Of a DNA stretch of 64,000 nucleotides, positions 24,202 to 37,700 are shown piece after piece. Source of the DNA: Kudoa neothunni. Lineage: Eukaryota > Animalia > Cnidaria. How positions within the stretch are numbered: the first letter of the stretch is position 1; every line of letters begins with the position of its first letter. The DNA lies in contig OZ199840.1 in assembly GCA_964304625.1 (NCBI GenBank), forward strand, positions 5,879,200 to 5,943,199. Reading direction: 5' to 3'. The notes beneath the pieces were generated by a model. That model made no database searches. It saw nothing but the letters and a program-made list of their open reading frames with translations, and had not been told where the DNA came from. The position numbers and the translations under genes are program-made.

Positions 24202-26661
24202 CCCTCCAACGGGCTTTGGGGTAAAAAAGACCCCAGATTTTTTTTAATTTAATGTATGCAGAAAATTATTATAAACTTATGAGGGAAATATGGGAAAATT
24301 CTGCCTAAGTAACGCTGAGAAAATAATCAATTACTTCATAATTAATCTTCAGTAATCCTCTTCGGCAAGATTAAGCAGATATCGCGATAAATCGTTTTTA
24401 TAACGTATAATATGTTTAGTCTTATTTGAAATAATGAAAAATAACATTTTAGTAAAAAATAAAAGATAAAATATTTTCAAGGGTCCCTAATAAATTTGGT
24501 TTATATTAGCTAGCAATTTAGACATTTATTTGACGAATGGGCGCGACAGTAGAAACTTCCACATTTTGAGCATTTGGATGAGGTTTTCTTATCGTTTTCA
24601 CGAGGACAATGTTCACATCTTCGTTTAGAAGTATTTGAATCTGCAAAGTTGTATGTTTCCATAGAAGTTGGATGAGATCTTTTTGAACATTTTTTCATTT
24701 GGGAATTTCTCTCCAAAAGAGGTTTATACAACTCTCCAGCCATTTCTTTCAGAAAATCACGTCTCAATTTTGTGGAATCGTTAAATATGTGTTTATATAG
24801 ACAAAATGAATTTATCAAAGTCAAATCCAACATATTATAAAAGACCACCATGGGCCAGCGTCGATTAAATCTGCGGACCGAAACGGAAGCCAACATCCGA
24901 TCCACGGTATCTACTCCTCCTTTGGAACCATTATAATCCACCATTGTTTCAGGCTTTTGTTTATGTGTATCGTTGGTTATGTTGGTGTTGGTTGTTCCTG
25001 AAAATAGGAGAATCACCGCTCTTCTTTTTTTGTTGACATATGAAGTGATCATATATTTATCAAAAAATATAAACATAGTGCTGAATAAGGAACGATTTCT
25101 AGACGGAAGAACACACGGTGGTAAATCTCTCTTATTGTGTCGAATTGTTCCAAGATATGTCAGACGTTTGTCTAACAGCTTCTCGGCTAGTCTAAGGGAA
25201 GAGAAAAAATTATCTGCAACTATAGTTCTTCCTGAGTTATACAAGGGAGCTGTAAGGGAAAGCACAATATTCTCACCAACACCACAGTTTTGGCTAGCTT
25301 GAGTTCCGTTCTTTCCTAGATAGGGAGAAATGTTTACAACATATTTGTGGACTGGATCGACAGCTAGGAAAAACTTTAGGTCATATTTCGCCGGCTTCAT
25401 CGGCATATATTGTCTAAATGAGCATCTTCCTCTAAACGAGACTAACTGCTCGTCAACGGTAACATTTTCACCGGGGAAAAACATATAGGTAGAGTCTGGA
25501 TCCACATGTTCCATATGTTGCGAATTGGACAAAATTTATCCAATTCTCTTCTTTCAGATCTGGTGCTTGGATTATCAAAATGAATACATCGTAGAATTTG
25601 GCGAAAACGATTAAATGAAAAGATTTCGCGATACATCTCTCTCCCTTCCTTTATACTAAACATTTCTAAAAGAGGTTGCTCTCTGTCTTTGTAGACAGCC
25701 ATCAAAATTAGTGTTCCGAAAAATCCTCTTAATTCAACGTCGTCTAAATCATTCCATAAATCAGAAAAGTGTAATTTCCCGTGAACGTTTGTTTGTTTTA
25801 TTATTTCCTGGCAAATTTCATCAGTGAAGAATATAAAAAAACGGTCCAACACGTTTTTGACTCTTTGTATGCAATAAGCTGTTGGCCCAGGTCGAGGATT
25901 CATGATATTCTCCTTCAGCATTTTTGATGGAGGTGGCTTATTCAATGTCCAAAGTATTCCGCTTTTGCTTGTCGTAGAATCCGCAGGATGTTCGCAATCT
26001 GATGTATCATCGGATTCTTCGGAATATTCAAGAACGGTTTCATCAATGTCGCTACTTAAAGGTTGATATTCATCGCTAAAATCCTCAGATGGTGCCATGA
26101 TTATCTCAATGTGCGCAACAAACGATAAATTTGATGTATATTTCGCGTTAACTCTCATATACGGTCCTAAGGCTTAAATTATCTATAGCTTATTTTGTAG
26201 GGGATTATTTATTGCTAGTACACGGAGGTAATATGTTAATTTTGTTTGTATTTAGCTAATAAACATTGACCTTGCGGTATTCATATAAACGATGGTTACG
26301 ATATGTTGCGATTACATACTTAATCGGATTACGGCGGATTATATTGATTAATAATTGCTGAATTTGACAGTATTTATTAGGCAGATTTTTTTTTAAATTT
26401 CCAAATCATCTTATAATAATTTTCTACATACGTCAAATCAAAAAAAATCTGGGGTCTTTTTTACCCCAAAGCCCGTTGGAAGATAAAAATTTTGTTCGAC
26501 AAGAAATAATCAATATTCCACATAAAGATTTTTATAAATCTATTTATTAAAATAATTTAGGAGAATAGACGAAATTTCAAGTATCCCAGATAATTATAAA
26601 ATATTCTATGGACAAATTAAAATCGTTTTGGGGTCTAAAAGACCCCAAGCCCGTTAGAGGG
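24202..26661 (-). mobile_element. piggyBac transposon, full length
   Basis: TTAA TSDs (24198-24201 and 26662-26665); TIRs CCCTCCAACGGGCTTTGGGGT / CCCTCTAACGGGCTTGGGGT; an extra ~140-bp imperfect subterminal inverted copy (about 26340-26480) of the left end. Confidence 0.96.
24510..26098 (-). pseudogene. piggyBac transposase split by a single 1-bp frameshift
   Basis: ORFs 25442-26158 and 24510-25532 overlap; TVDE, ADNFF and GGVD catalytic motifs and the C-terminal Cys-rich domain are intact; the shift maps near 25473-25485. Confidence 0.9.
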
Positions 26662-28939
26662 TTAAACTAGAAAATATTTCTTGAGATTTAGGAAAATGAG
26701 TTCTAGATCAGGTAATAGGGTAGGACAAGGCATCTAGGAAATCAACCGTCTACGCATTGTTTTTTATCTATTCTTTATTATTTGTTAATAATAAAATAAA
26801 AGAATGCTGTAAGAAAGGATTCAGCTAATTATGATAAGGGCTAATTTTTATATAAAATCCCGAATAATTCATCTTCAACATGCGTGAAATCTTCGTTAAA
26901 TTTCCAATAACCAATGAAAACATACTTTATTGTGTACACATTAACTTCTACATTTATTATAAGCCTTAATAACATTTTTTGGGATAGGTCGTTCCATAAT
27001 TATACGACTCAGACGTTTAATTAAACCTTCACATCTTATTGAAAATTATCTTCTCTATAATTTTTGGTATACCGATTATGGACCTTTTAAATTAAAATTA
27101 CGATAAGTTTTCACTTTTTGTAGTTTATATATTTTTTGGGTTAATTTATTTGAATTATAAAAAAAGTTATATTCATTTTATCATAAAACTTTTAACATTA
27201 AATTTTTATAGCGACAATACAATGAATCTTCAATCTTCATTGCATTTGTTATCTGTCAACAAAAATTCTGTAATGATTAATTTTTAAAGAAACACTCTTG
27301 ACGATAGTCAATTATACAAAATAAAAGAGGCAACGTAAATAGGAAAATAGTAATATTGTACTATACATATGTTATACTCTTCACTTTATTTTTGTAGACA
27401 TATGTGATCTTTTAATTTGATGTTCAATCTTTTCTCATTTTTATAAAACCAACGATTATATTTTGAAACCTTATATGCTATAAGGTATTTAATTTTTAGG
27501 GAAAATTTATAGATAAAGATGTTTTTTTATATTTCTATGATATTTCCTTGGCTATCCCTGAAGAATTTTGGTGATTGCTAGATCAAGGTTGAAAGATAAT
27601 AACGTCGTTTCAATCTTGATCGAGCGTTTTTTTGATTATTTTATCATTTCCGCCGTATATTTTCTAACGCGGGGTTAAGCAAACTGCATGAGAGAGTTCC
27701 CACAACCAATGCAATGACATAGGTGGTTACAGAAATTTTTTGAATCAAAGTTATAACTGTGGAGGCGAACAAACAATTTTTGTAATTGTTAAAAGACCGA
27801 TTGTGGTGTGGAATTAAAAAGAATCAATAACTATTTTATACTGCACAAAATACTAATGAACGAACACGAGCGAAATTGCCATCCCTGGTGCATATCACCC
27901 GTTATTGTTGGCGAATTCGCACCTTTTCTCTGACCCCGAGGGAATTACGTATTACCCATCACCCACTGTAGTATTAAATTCTTTTTAAATTGTATCATTT
28001 GTTTTTCAACGTTAGAATTAATCGTATACACCGTTTTTTTGGTATAATAAAATATAGATATATAACATGATTATTTATTTTTTAGTTATTCGCTTTATAA
28101 CGTACAAAACTAATGGAAAAAAAATTAATCTTATAATCCTAGTGCAGACAACATTGTTGTAAAATGAGACGCCATCAATTTAATCAGAAAAATTAACACG
28201 AGGCAGCACATTTGCGGTTGATGTATTATTCTCTGCTTTCTAAGGACTGGAGGCGTATCTTTAAATTGATCCCAAATAACAGTTTCATTTGACATATAAA
28301 TAACAAGATAATTATGGATAAGAACGTGTCAAATTTTTTCCATCGAATTAAATGTCATATGTTTGTGTTTTCTATGTATATATATATATATATTCAGTTA
28401 GATCATTCATCACTCCCAGATAGAATGATATTTGGATTTTCAATGTGACGATTTGCGCCTTATGTGGTATAACAACGAAAAAAATAGACTTAATACTCAT
28501 TGATCTTAGAAATGTCTCACCCCGTCATAGATAGACATAGAGAGTCATAGATAGATTGACAAGTTTGGCGAAAAAAATTATTCCCAAGACAACTAAGTCA
28601 TTATAATAGTTTAGAATCACGATTCCAAATTTTATATAGAATAATAATTTGTTTATTGATTAATGAAATCATTCTGAAGATTGTCATAAAATCCAGATTC
28701 AAAATGTGATTAAGGCTGCAGAAAAACTTGATTGTATAATAACTTTTGCAATAATAGATGAGTCTATTCCAAAAAAATAAAAGCCGACTCAAAATATGAA
28801 TACTTAAGGAGTGATATGGCAATAATTGCCGAATCCCAATACAACACATGTGAGAAAAACAAACCATCGCATGCGCATAAGTTTTGCAGTAAAATATCTA
28901 CCTATTGTCTTAAGGGTTTATTTTAATCGGTCGTATACG

Positions 28940-31900
28940 ATGGAGTCAAATATCCCAGCTACAAAAACCAATATTGGATTATATTTGTACAATTCCTTGA
29001 CAAGAAAAAAGGTAATTTGATTCTATATTTCCATTATTACAGCATAAATACTATTTTTCATGAATAAATGTTATTAATCGATTTTTCTATTTTATTTCAC
29101 AACTCTGTTAATCTTACTATTAATGCCAGGAACTTTTCGTCCCAAAGACCTCAAATCATATCAAATGGTATTGCTGTGGGCCAACCGTTTATGATGCGAG
29201 TCATATGGGTCATGCGAGGTAAATCTAAGCCTTTAGTTGAAATCTAATTTATTGTTACTATATGAAGAGCGTATATTTCCTTCGATATAATTCGGAGGGT
29301 TTTACAAAATTATTTCAACTACAACATAACCTACGTAATGAATATTACCGACATAGAAGATAAAGTATAATTTTTGGTTGGTCGTTGTGATTAACGCACC
29401 TATGTGATAGATTATAAAAAGAGCTAGGCGGAATTATTTATGGGAAAAATTCACGGACGAACACAAGAGCATAAAATTTGATGAATTTAATGAGTATGTG
29501 AAGCTGGGATTGGATGTAATTTGTTTCGGATATTTTAGTTTGTTTTATGCTAATGTACATTTGTAGATCAATGCCAGAATTGTTGAAAATACAGCTGATG
29601 CTGATTTGAAAGAGTATCGAAAAGGCGTGTTGGTAATACACTTTAATGTAGAGAGTGAGTTTTTAACAGCTATCTGTTCTAGAATAAGATGAAACTACGA
29701 ATGGAACAGCTTCAACATTCTCGAGAAGTGGTGGACATCGTTGAGTTCAAAGATATTATTTCTGATTATCTTGATGAAAAAGTATTTTTTTAATTTGAAT
29801 TTCATAATCGAATATCGAATATATATATATATGTATATATATTTAGTTCGGATCGGGTGTTTGTGATCACGGCATATTCTTCAGACTGACTCAGTACTAT
29901 GAGAAGGACTTTTTGGAGGATATGAAACAATTGAATGTTCTTCCGCCAACATTAATGCCTAGAATAAGTCAATTTGTTACAGAGGTTATCGATTTTATTA
30001 AACCGATAATTGAACAAGGATACGCGTATGTTTCTTGGGGAATTTTTTTTGGGTGTAATCTGAGTTTCGGTCAACCTCAAAAACAGTTATGTGTCTAATG
30101 AAAGTGTGTATTTTGATACGGTCGAATTTTCGAAAACTCATCGTTATGCAAAACTCGTGCCAGAAGCAGTTGGAGATACAGAAAAACTGGTATCTGGTGA
30201 AGGTAGCGCTTTTGTTGTTTGGCATAATCGGTGATTTCGTAACTCCCATTTATTGTTAATGTAGGTGAGCTAAGTGTTAATTTTGTCGGGGAGAAAAAAT
30301 CGCCGCGAGATTTCGTACTGTGGAAGTGCAGTAAACCGGGAGAACCTTTTTGGCCATCCCCCTGGGGAAATGGAAGACCGGGGTGGCATATTGAATGTTC
30401 AGCTATGGCTACTCACTTTTTCGGAAACTTTATGGATATACACTCAGGAGGTTGCGACCTCAAGTTTCCACACCACGATAACGAGATTGCACAATCTGAG
30501 GCGCGTTTCGACAGCGATCAATGGGTCAACTTTTTCCTTCACGCCGGTCATTTGACAATTGAGGGCCAAAAAATGTCAAAATCGTTGAAAAATTTTATCA
30601 CTATTAAGGTTATTGTTGGTTTGGTTGTCCTTCGATTCTAATCCACACGCATTCCTGCTCTCATTTAGGAAGCCCTAAAACAATACTCTGCTAGACAAAT
30701 CAGATTAGCTTTCCTCACGCATTTGTGGGGAGGCCCATTGGATTATAGCAATGCTGTGATGGGTCATGCGGTTCAACTGGAAAAATCGTTAATCAATTTT
30801 TTCAGCACACTACGATCGGTTCTAAAACATCAAGATTACAATGCAACGAAAACCGATGTCAAAAACAATCCTTCATCTCTGTCGAAACACAATTTCAATT
30901 CAAATGAACTCACTCTCTATACTAGGTATTTCCACTTGAATTATTTGAATTGTATTAATATATTTGTGGCTTAGTTTGATGGAATCTCAATGTGCTATAC
31001 ATGACGCTTTATGTGGTAAGTTGTAAAACCTATTCATTCATTGGGTGGAATAAATTTAACTGTTCATCCTGGCTTCTTATAGCAGTTGGGGGTTCTGCAT
31101 TCTGCATGCTAAGTGGGTAGAGTTTCTGTGGTAGTTCGTTAAAAATCTAACGTATATTTAATTATCCGATCAGATGTGAGGTCCATTTGACCCAGGCCAA
31201 TTTTTTGTGGTTTTTGTATATACGAATAAAACAATAATCGCCTTTAAACTCTGACTTTTCGTCAAGAACGGGTGGCGCACGTGACTTTTTAAGGTCATAA
31301 ATGCGTCTCCTTGTCTTATGTGCATAATATAAAGCTACAATAACGACGTTTAAAACGCGAAGAAATTATCAATAGACATAAACCATTTTTGTAATGGAAA
31401 TATAGGGGTAATGAAGGAATGTATGGTACTCTAACATCACTATCTTGAATTAATTTTCTGTATTTGCGACTTACAAGTTAAACATACAAATATGGAAGGA
31501 AAAGAGTCAGCAAAAACAAACAACTTACTAATGTTAAGAATTCATCTTAGAACATTGTTCTACACATGCAATTATTAACGAGGCACAATAACACTAAATG
31601 TTCTCAATTTTAAAAGTTTAAATTTTCCTTTTGTTGACGATAATGTTCATAAAGATAGATTTTTTATCGTATATTTGTTTTATAGAGATTAACCCTCCCT
31701 TGACTACGCGAACGGGTTGATTCGTGACCCCATTTTTGGTAAATGTTTGTTTTTATCTACTTAAACTTTTAATTTAATTTTTGAGTTCATGTAATCTTAG
31801 ATTAACGTGTATTATTTGAAAATACAAAATTTCAGATAAATTATAGTATTCTACGATTAAAATTTTTTGTTTAATGTTACGTAGCATTAATATATTTTAT

Positions 31901-34900
31901 TTAAAATTATTTTAAACGGTTGTATCAAGTGTATTTAATTTACATGATAAGAAAAATGATCATTCCAATATATATTGTCATGCAGGTTATTGCGCGCTGA
32001 AAACCGAACAGGTTGCCTGATGTTTTTAAAATATTTTGTATTATTTATTTCTTCTATGAATTAAATTTAAATTATAGTCAATTAAAAGGTGGCCATATTT
32101 TACTAATAATTAATAGATTAAAACTTAGTCACATTATTTCTGTCGTGATATCATCAAATTTCAACGTTTCCTTATTTCATAAAACTAATAAGATATCATT
32201 TATGTTAATCGTGTTATTTGTTGAATTTTTAGTGAAATTAAGCTAGGCCATTTCCTTATAACTATTGAAACGATTAAAACCAAGTTGAAAGAAATAAGCT
32301 TTGAATCATGTTTATATTCTGATTGAAAATATTTTTATTCATAATTCAAGTAAATTCATCCTTATTCATTTAGACTCAACATTATTCTTTATTTCTCAAA
32401 ATGTGTTGTAAACATATCTCAGTGTAAAAATCAATAATGGATTACCAAACAACCGGAGTTAACTCCTGTTGATGCCATGGCCGAACAGCCTAATATTGAT
32501 ATTAAAAGTGGCGTAGAAGTTTCTATTTTGTTATATTCAGCTAAAAATGAAACCGAAATAGGTATATTGATTACATCCACCATTTGAAGTTTTGTTTAGA
32601 TAAATTTAATTGGTAATGTCTCCCGACATGGTTACGATATTTTCAACATATATTTTAATGGTCAAAAGATTAATAAATATTCCTACCAAAAGTTAGAATC
32701 ATACTCAATCATTATAGTAGAAATCCCATGGAGGTCGGTCCTTCGAGGAATAAGAGTAGAATTTTTTATTTATTGTAATGGAAATTATAATATTACTTGG
32801 ATCAATAAAACTAGTCAAAGTTTGAATATTTATTTTTATTATTTCCTTCTGCATTAAAAATATTAATTATTAAAATAATAGATTTATTGGTTACCTATCC
32901 CTGGTCTAGAATAATATTTTTATGTTAAATCTTTTCGCTTAGCATTATTTTTCAATGTAAATAATTATAAAAAAGATGTAAAATATGAAGAATGGAGAAG
33001 ATAATGGTTTAAGCATATTGCGAACTTATCCATTAAGCCTAACTGATATTTACAACTCGTCATTCTTTCTTTCTACAAGTAACTGATAGTACTTCAATCA
33101 CTCGGGACTGGAAAAAATTGTGTATCGGTTATTAACGTTATTTCAATGCATTAGAAATTTCATAATTTATTTCAAAAAATTAAAATAATATAAAACGGAT
33201 CGTCTATCTAATATATACTATGAATACTGCGTATTTATTAAATTGTGTACTTCCTGGTTCCTAATGTAATGCTCAGAATTTTCTACACTTTAAAAAAATT
33301 TCATTAGGCCCATCCTGCATAAAATGCAATAGAAATTATTTTGATCTGTATAGCCAGGGTTAACTTTTTTATACATGGAACATTTTTGAGGTCGGTCTAT
33401 TTATTAACATATTTTGTTTAGATAATATTGACACTGGTGTTGCAATGAATCAGATTAAGACACTTGTCAGTCGCACCTTCACTTATCTAAAACAGGTTGG
33501 CGATGATAATGCTTCTTCTGAGATTTTGTTGGCCGTTGGCGGCTATGTTAATAATATCCTAAGTGTGTTCGGATTGGAAAACCTTGGTTGGTATGGATTT
33601 GTGAGTGGTTATGACGAGTACTCAAACACCAATCAAGTAACCTCATCCAACGAAATAACTCAGAAGGTATGATTATTTGTATCTTTTGAATTGTAACCAG
33701 CCAATTAACTGTAGCAAATGGAAGATAGTGTCTACCCTTTTGTTCAGTTGCTATCAGAATTTCGCCAAAAGGTTCGAGTACATGCCAAGACTAATAAAGG
33801 TAATATTGATACTTTTTTGGAAAAAAATAAAATTTCTTTTTTCTTAAATTTCTCCTCAAATAATAATTTAAGCCGAAAAATATAAGGTGTCTTTTTAATT
33901 GAATAAATCTGAGTTTATGGGTTTGGTTTTACTTGTAGCATATTCAAATAAATAAATGAATGCGCTATCTTCAGTGAAGTTTTATTTATTTTTAGCGTAA
34001 TTTCTTTCGTTGATTTTATAATTATGTTAACATGTTGATATAGGTAAAAATTAAATATGTTTGGATTATTTACTTATTAATTATGCATAAAAATAGTAAT
34101 ATTCATGATTTAATTATTGTTACAAAATGTATATCCAGTACAGATTTATAATTTATAAATTTTATATTAAATATGATAATCTCATATTTTTGTTGTAGAC
34201 TTTATATTAGGTTGTAATTTTTCAAATAATGTTGGTTTTAATTATTGTTGGTAGTTGATCAAATTACAAAATTGTAAGGATGTGAACTGGTCTCTATAGT
34301 AGTAAACTACTCTTATTTTTAGAATTTTTAAAATCTATTAATGGTAATAATTTTTCGATGTTTTCCGATAAAATATAAATATTTTGATGCATAAAAATTA
34401 GCGTTATTTTAACGAACTAGTAGTCTGGTAGCCAAAGAATTTTAAGGAATTAATTAAAAATATTTTAGTAAGTTGTTAGATTAAGAAGGAAAATCTATCG
34501 AATGCGATTTTTTATTTGTAAATTTAATTATCTCAAAATCGATGGAGGAAAATGCATATGGATTCATATTTAGATCTGGATATGTTGAGCTATTGTGATG
34601 ATATCAGGGATAAAATACTTCCAAAGCTTGGAGTAAAACTTGAAGATAAAGAAGGTATTTATAAATTTTATCTTAATTTTCCTAAATTTTAAAAATAGGT
34701 ATTAGCGATTTCTCGGTCATCAAATTTATGTCCACAGATGATCTTTCCATTGCTTCCAACAACTCAAGCAATACTGCCGTTGACCTATCTATCAACGATA
34801 ACGATGATAAAGTAATAAAATTAACTCCTCACTCGTTTATCCAATGATAGGATCAACATGCTAAAGTAGCTCATATCAAAAAGTTGGAAGAAAAAAGAGT

Positions 34901-35215
34901 ACCTAATTGCAATTGCATTTGCAAATATCTACAAGTTAATCTTTAAATTTTTTTTGTAGCTGGAAAAAGAAATCAAGGCATCGATAGACCCCAAAAAAAT
35001 GTTCATACATGAAACGAGCAAATATAGCAAGTTTGATGAAATGGTATCTCAATTCTCTCCCCTATTTTCGAGTCGGTTGTGAATTCATATTGTAGGGAAT
35101 ACCTACACACGATGCCAAGGGACAACCGCTATCGAAAAGTGCGCTAAAGAAACTGAACAAAATGTATGCACTTCAAGAAAAACTCTACCACACTCATCTA
35201 ACTTCTAAGAATTGA
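28940..35215 (+). CDS. CARS1: Cysteinyl-tRNA synthetase, cytoplasmic type (multi-exon)
   Basis: [27 protein letters not shown] (HIGH motif), [77 protein letters not shown]. Long introns at about 31016-33421 and 33800-34573. Confidence 0.97.
31693..33359. mobile_element. Possible old non-autonomous piggyBac-type element in the CARS intron
   Basis: TTAA-CCCT ... AGGG-TTAA ends; match beyond 4 bp is weak; the left end resembles the remnant end near 36630-36646. Confidence 0.35.
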
Positions 35216-35629
35216 TTATAAATACATTTGCGTAATAGTCGTTTTGCCGTTCTATTGAACTATTCAAATTTGTTTTCGTTTACGAAATACCTTTACTATA
35301 TATAAAATACCTTAAACTCAAACGTAAACTTAATTGTATTTCAGTGGATACTTTTGCTTTGAAATTATGCCGAAATTACTTATCCTAAAAAATTAAAAAA
35401 ATTATTTAATTTGTTTTAATTCCAACTAATGATTTTTATAAATTTACATGATTCGAAAATTTCATACATAAATATGTAAAGAGTTTAAAAATTATCATAT
35501 ATATTGTAAAAAATAATGCGCGAGTATTTAAAGTTTCAATCTCGCATCACTGTGCTTATGGCCGAGTCAAAAATATAAAACTTGCGATTAAATTGTAGTT
35601 AAAATTTTTTGTAAAAATTAGTTTTAATT

Positions 35630-36646
35630 TTTAGAATATTATTCCCCTTGGAATATTTAGTCATTGATGAAATGCTTAGGTCATTTAGAAGGCGGTGTAT
35701 TTTTAAACAATACCTGCCAAAAAAGTCAGCAAAATTTGGGCATAAAATATTCGATGTGGCAGATTAAAAGATATTTTATACTTGAAACCTAGAGGTTTGT
35801 TTGGGTGTTCAGAATAACGTGGATAATTCTGCTCAAAGTGTACTTACGCGTTCAGCACGGCCAATTTTAAGTTCTGGCAGAAACAACTTTAGATAACTGG
35901 TTTTCTTCTGTTCCCCCTTTTCAAGTATAGTTAAAAAAATGGAATAACGGCTTGCGGAACTTTAAAAAAATTTAAAAAGAAATTCCTGGTGAATTTTTAG
36001 CACCAAAAACAAAAGAGCTGTACTCATCGAAATTTGCATGCATTAAGGAGTTAACGCTACTTTCATGTCCCTAAAAAGAATAAGTCTGTCATTTTGTTGA
36101 GCACATTTCACCACAGGCCAATAGTGGACTTAGAAAATCCTAAAACAATTCCAGAAATTATTTCATTTTATAACTCTACCGAGGGTGGTGTTGATACAGT
36201 TGATCAAATGTGTGCCAATTATTCCACCTATCGAAAAACTAGATGGCCGGCAGTAATATTTCACTTAGATGTCGTATCAATCAACGCTTTTGTTATTTAC
36301 TATATAAAATTGAACAAGCCAATAAGAAGGAAAGATTTTTTAAAATCGTTATCCATGCAGCTCATGGAAAAATAAATCTGTAGAAAAGGTATTAAACATA
36401 ATTTATTTAAAACTTAATAGAACCATCAAAAATCAATTGCTCACAAGAATCCAACAATCTCATCGTCAATAAACGTTTCCACTTGTATCCTCGCCAAAAT
36501 GATAAAAACTCCCAAACAGCGTGTCACAATTGCAAAAATCAATTAAAATAATATATATGGAAATTTACATCGGGTTTTTCTTCGAGGGGTCCAATGGAAC
36601 ACATGAATGCGCTCGCGTTAAGTTTTTTGCGCGTGCCACGGAGGGT
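35630..36646 (+). pseudogene. Degraded piggyBac transposase remnant (second family)
   Basis: LVIDEMLRSFRRRCIFKQYLPKKSAKFG, DNWFSS, LLSTFHH, FYNSTEGGVDTVDQM, with stops and frameshifts; TIR-like ...CCACGGAGGG at the 3' end. Confidence 0.88.
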
Positions 36647-37700
36647 AATGGGACAAATTTCATGTAAAAATAGAGTTCAAAAAATTTATAAATTCATATT
36701 CGAGCGACATCATGCCCGCGTGTAATCTCCTTGTTTACAAAAACCCGGAATATCTCTTATTCTTTGTATATTTAATTTATCTGTTTGAAATTACCAAAAT
36801 TATTTTTTCACAAAATTATTTAACCAATAGATGAATTAAAGTGCTTTATATAGACATGAAATTTTCCAACTGTGAAAAAACCTATTCATTCATATGTTGA
36901 TAGGTGAAATATAGATAGAACTATTGTTTTTAGAATTTAGATAAAATTTTATCGCAGAATTCGTATGATAATTTTAACATAACAAAATTTAATATTGTTT
37001 ACATTTCAATCTTGACTTCTTAGAATTATTCACTTCGTCAAAAAAAATCATACACAGTTATTTTAGTTATGATATAAAATATAAATTATAGGAATCGTCG
37101 AAATCTTAAAAAATGGATATTATGTATATTTTAACGTATTTTTTTATGCTGAATCTGTCTGACTAAATTCCACTATTCTAACATTAAAATAAACATTTAT
37201 TTAAATTATTAATATCTGAATTTGTGAAAACAATTTTTTGTCTAATTCTTAATGAATAATGATCAAAGCGCCATAAAACTTATATATGGGTTTTTAGTTT
37301 ATATTGTCAAGATTCATATCTTTTACATAAAATCTCTGTTTAAACCAATATATAAGAAAGATTATACCGACAAAATTTATTTTTTCCTTTATTAAGATAA
37401 AGAAATTAAACTATTTTTGATTTTTATGAAAGGAAATATAAAAAAATTAATGAAATTCATTAGAGCATATGTGATACTAGTTTTGTTATTATTTTTATCC
37501 GCGGAATCCAAATATTTGAGAATATATTAAAATGTACTATTGTAATTTGAGAGTGTTTCTATATAAAATGCGATACACACTTTGAACCGATATATATATA
37601 TATATATATATAATTTTAACACAAACGTAAATCTCGTTATAAACCCATTTATCTAAAAATTCAAATAATGTTATTATTCAATGGTAAAATAAGATCTAAT

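Noticed and set aside
24973-25302. 109-aa plus-strand ORF
   Set aside because: Antisense shadow of the piggyBac transposase; likewise the ORFs antisense to ISY1, TPI, SNRNP70, CARS and the FN3-like gene.
25442-25532. Programmed -1 ribosomal frameshift in the transposase
   Set aside because: No canonical X XXY YYZ slippery heptamer; a single-base loss in a homopolymer is the simpler explanation.
27650-27970. Transib- or Tc1-like remnant (LHKILM fragment, CACTGTA end)
   Set aside because: Too short and decayed to classify.
31060-31320. GC-richer start of the CARS long intron as an alternative exon or snoRNA
   Set aside because: The candidate exon breaks phase, and no convincing H/ACA or C/D arrangement was found.
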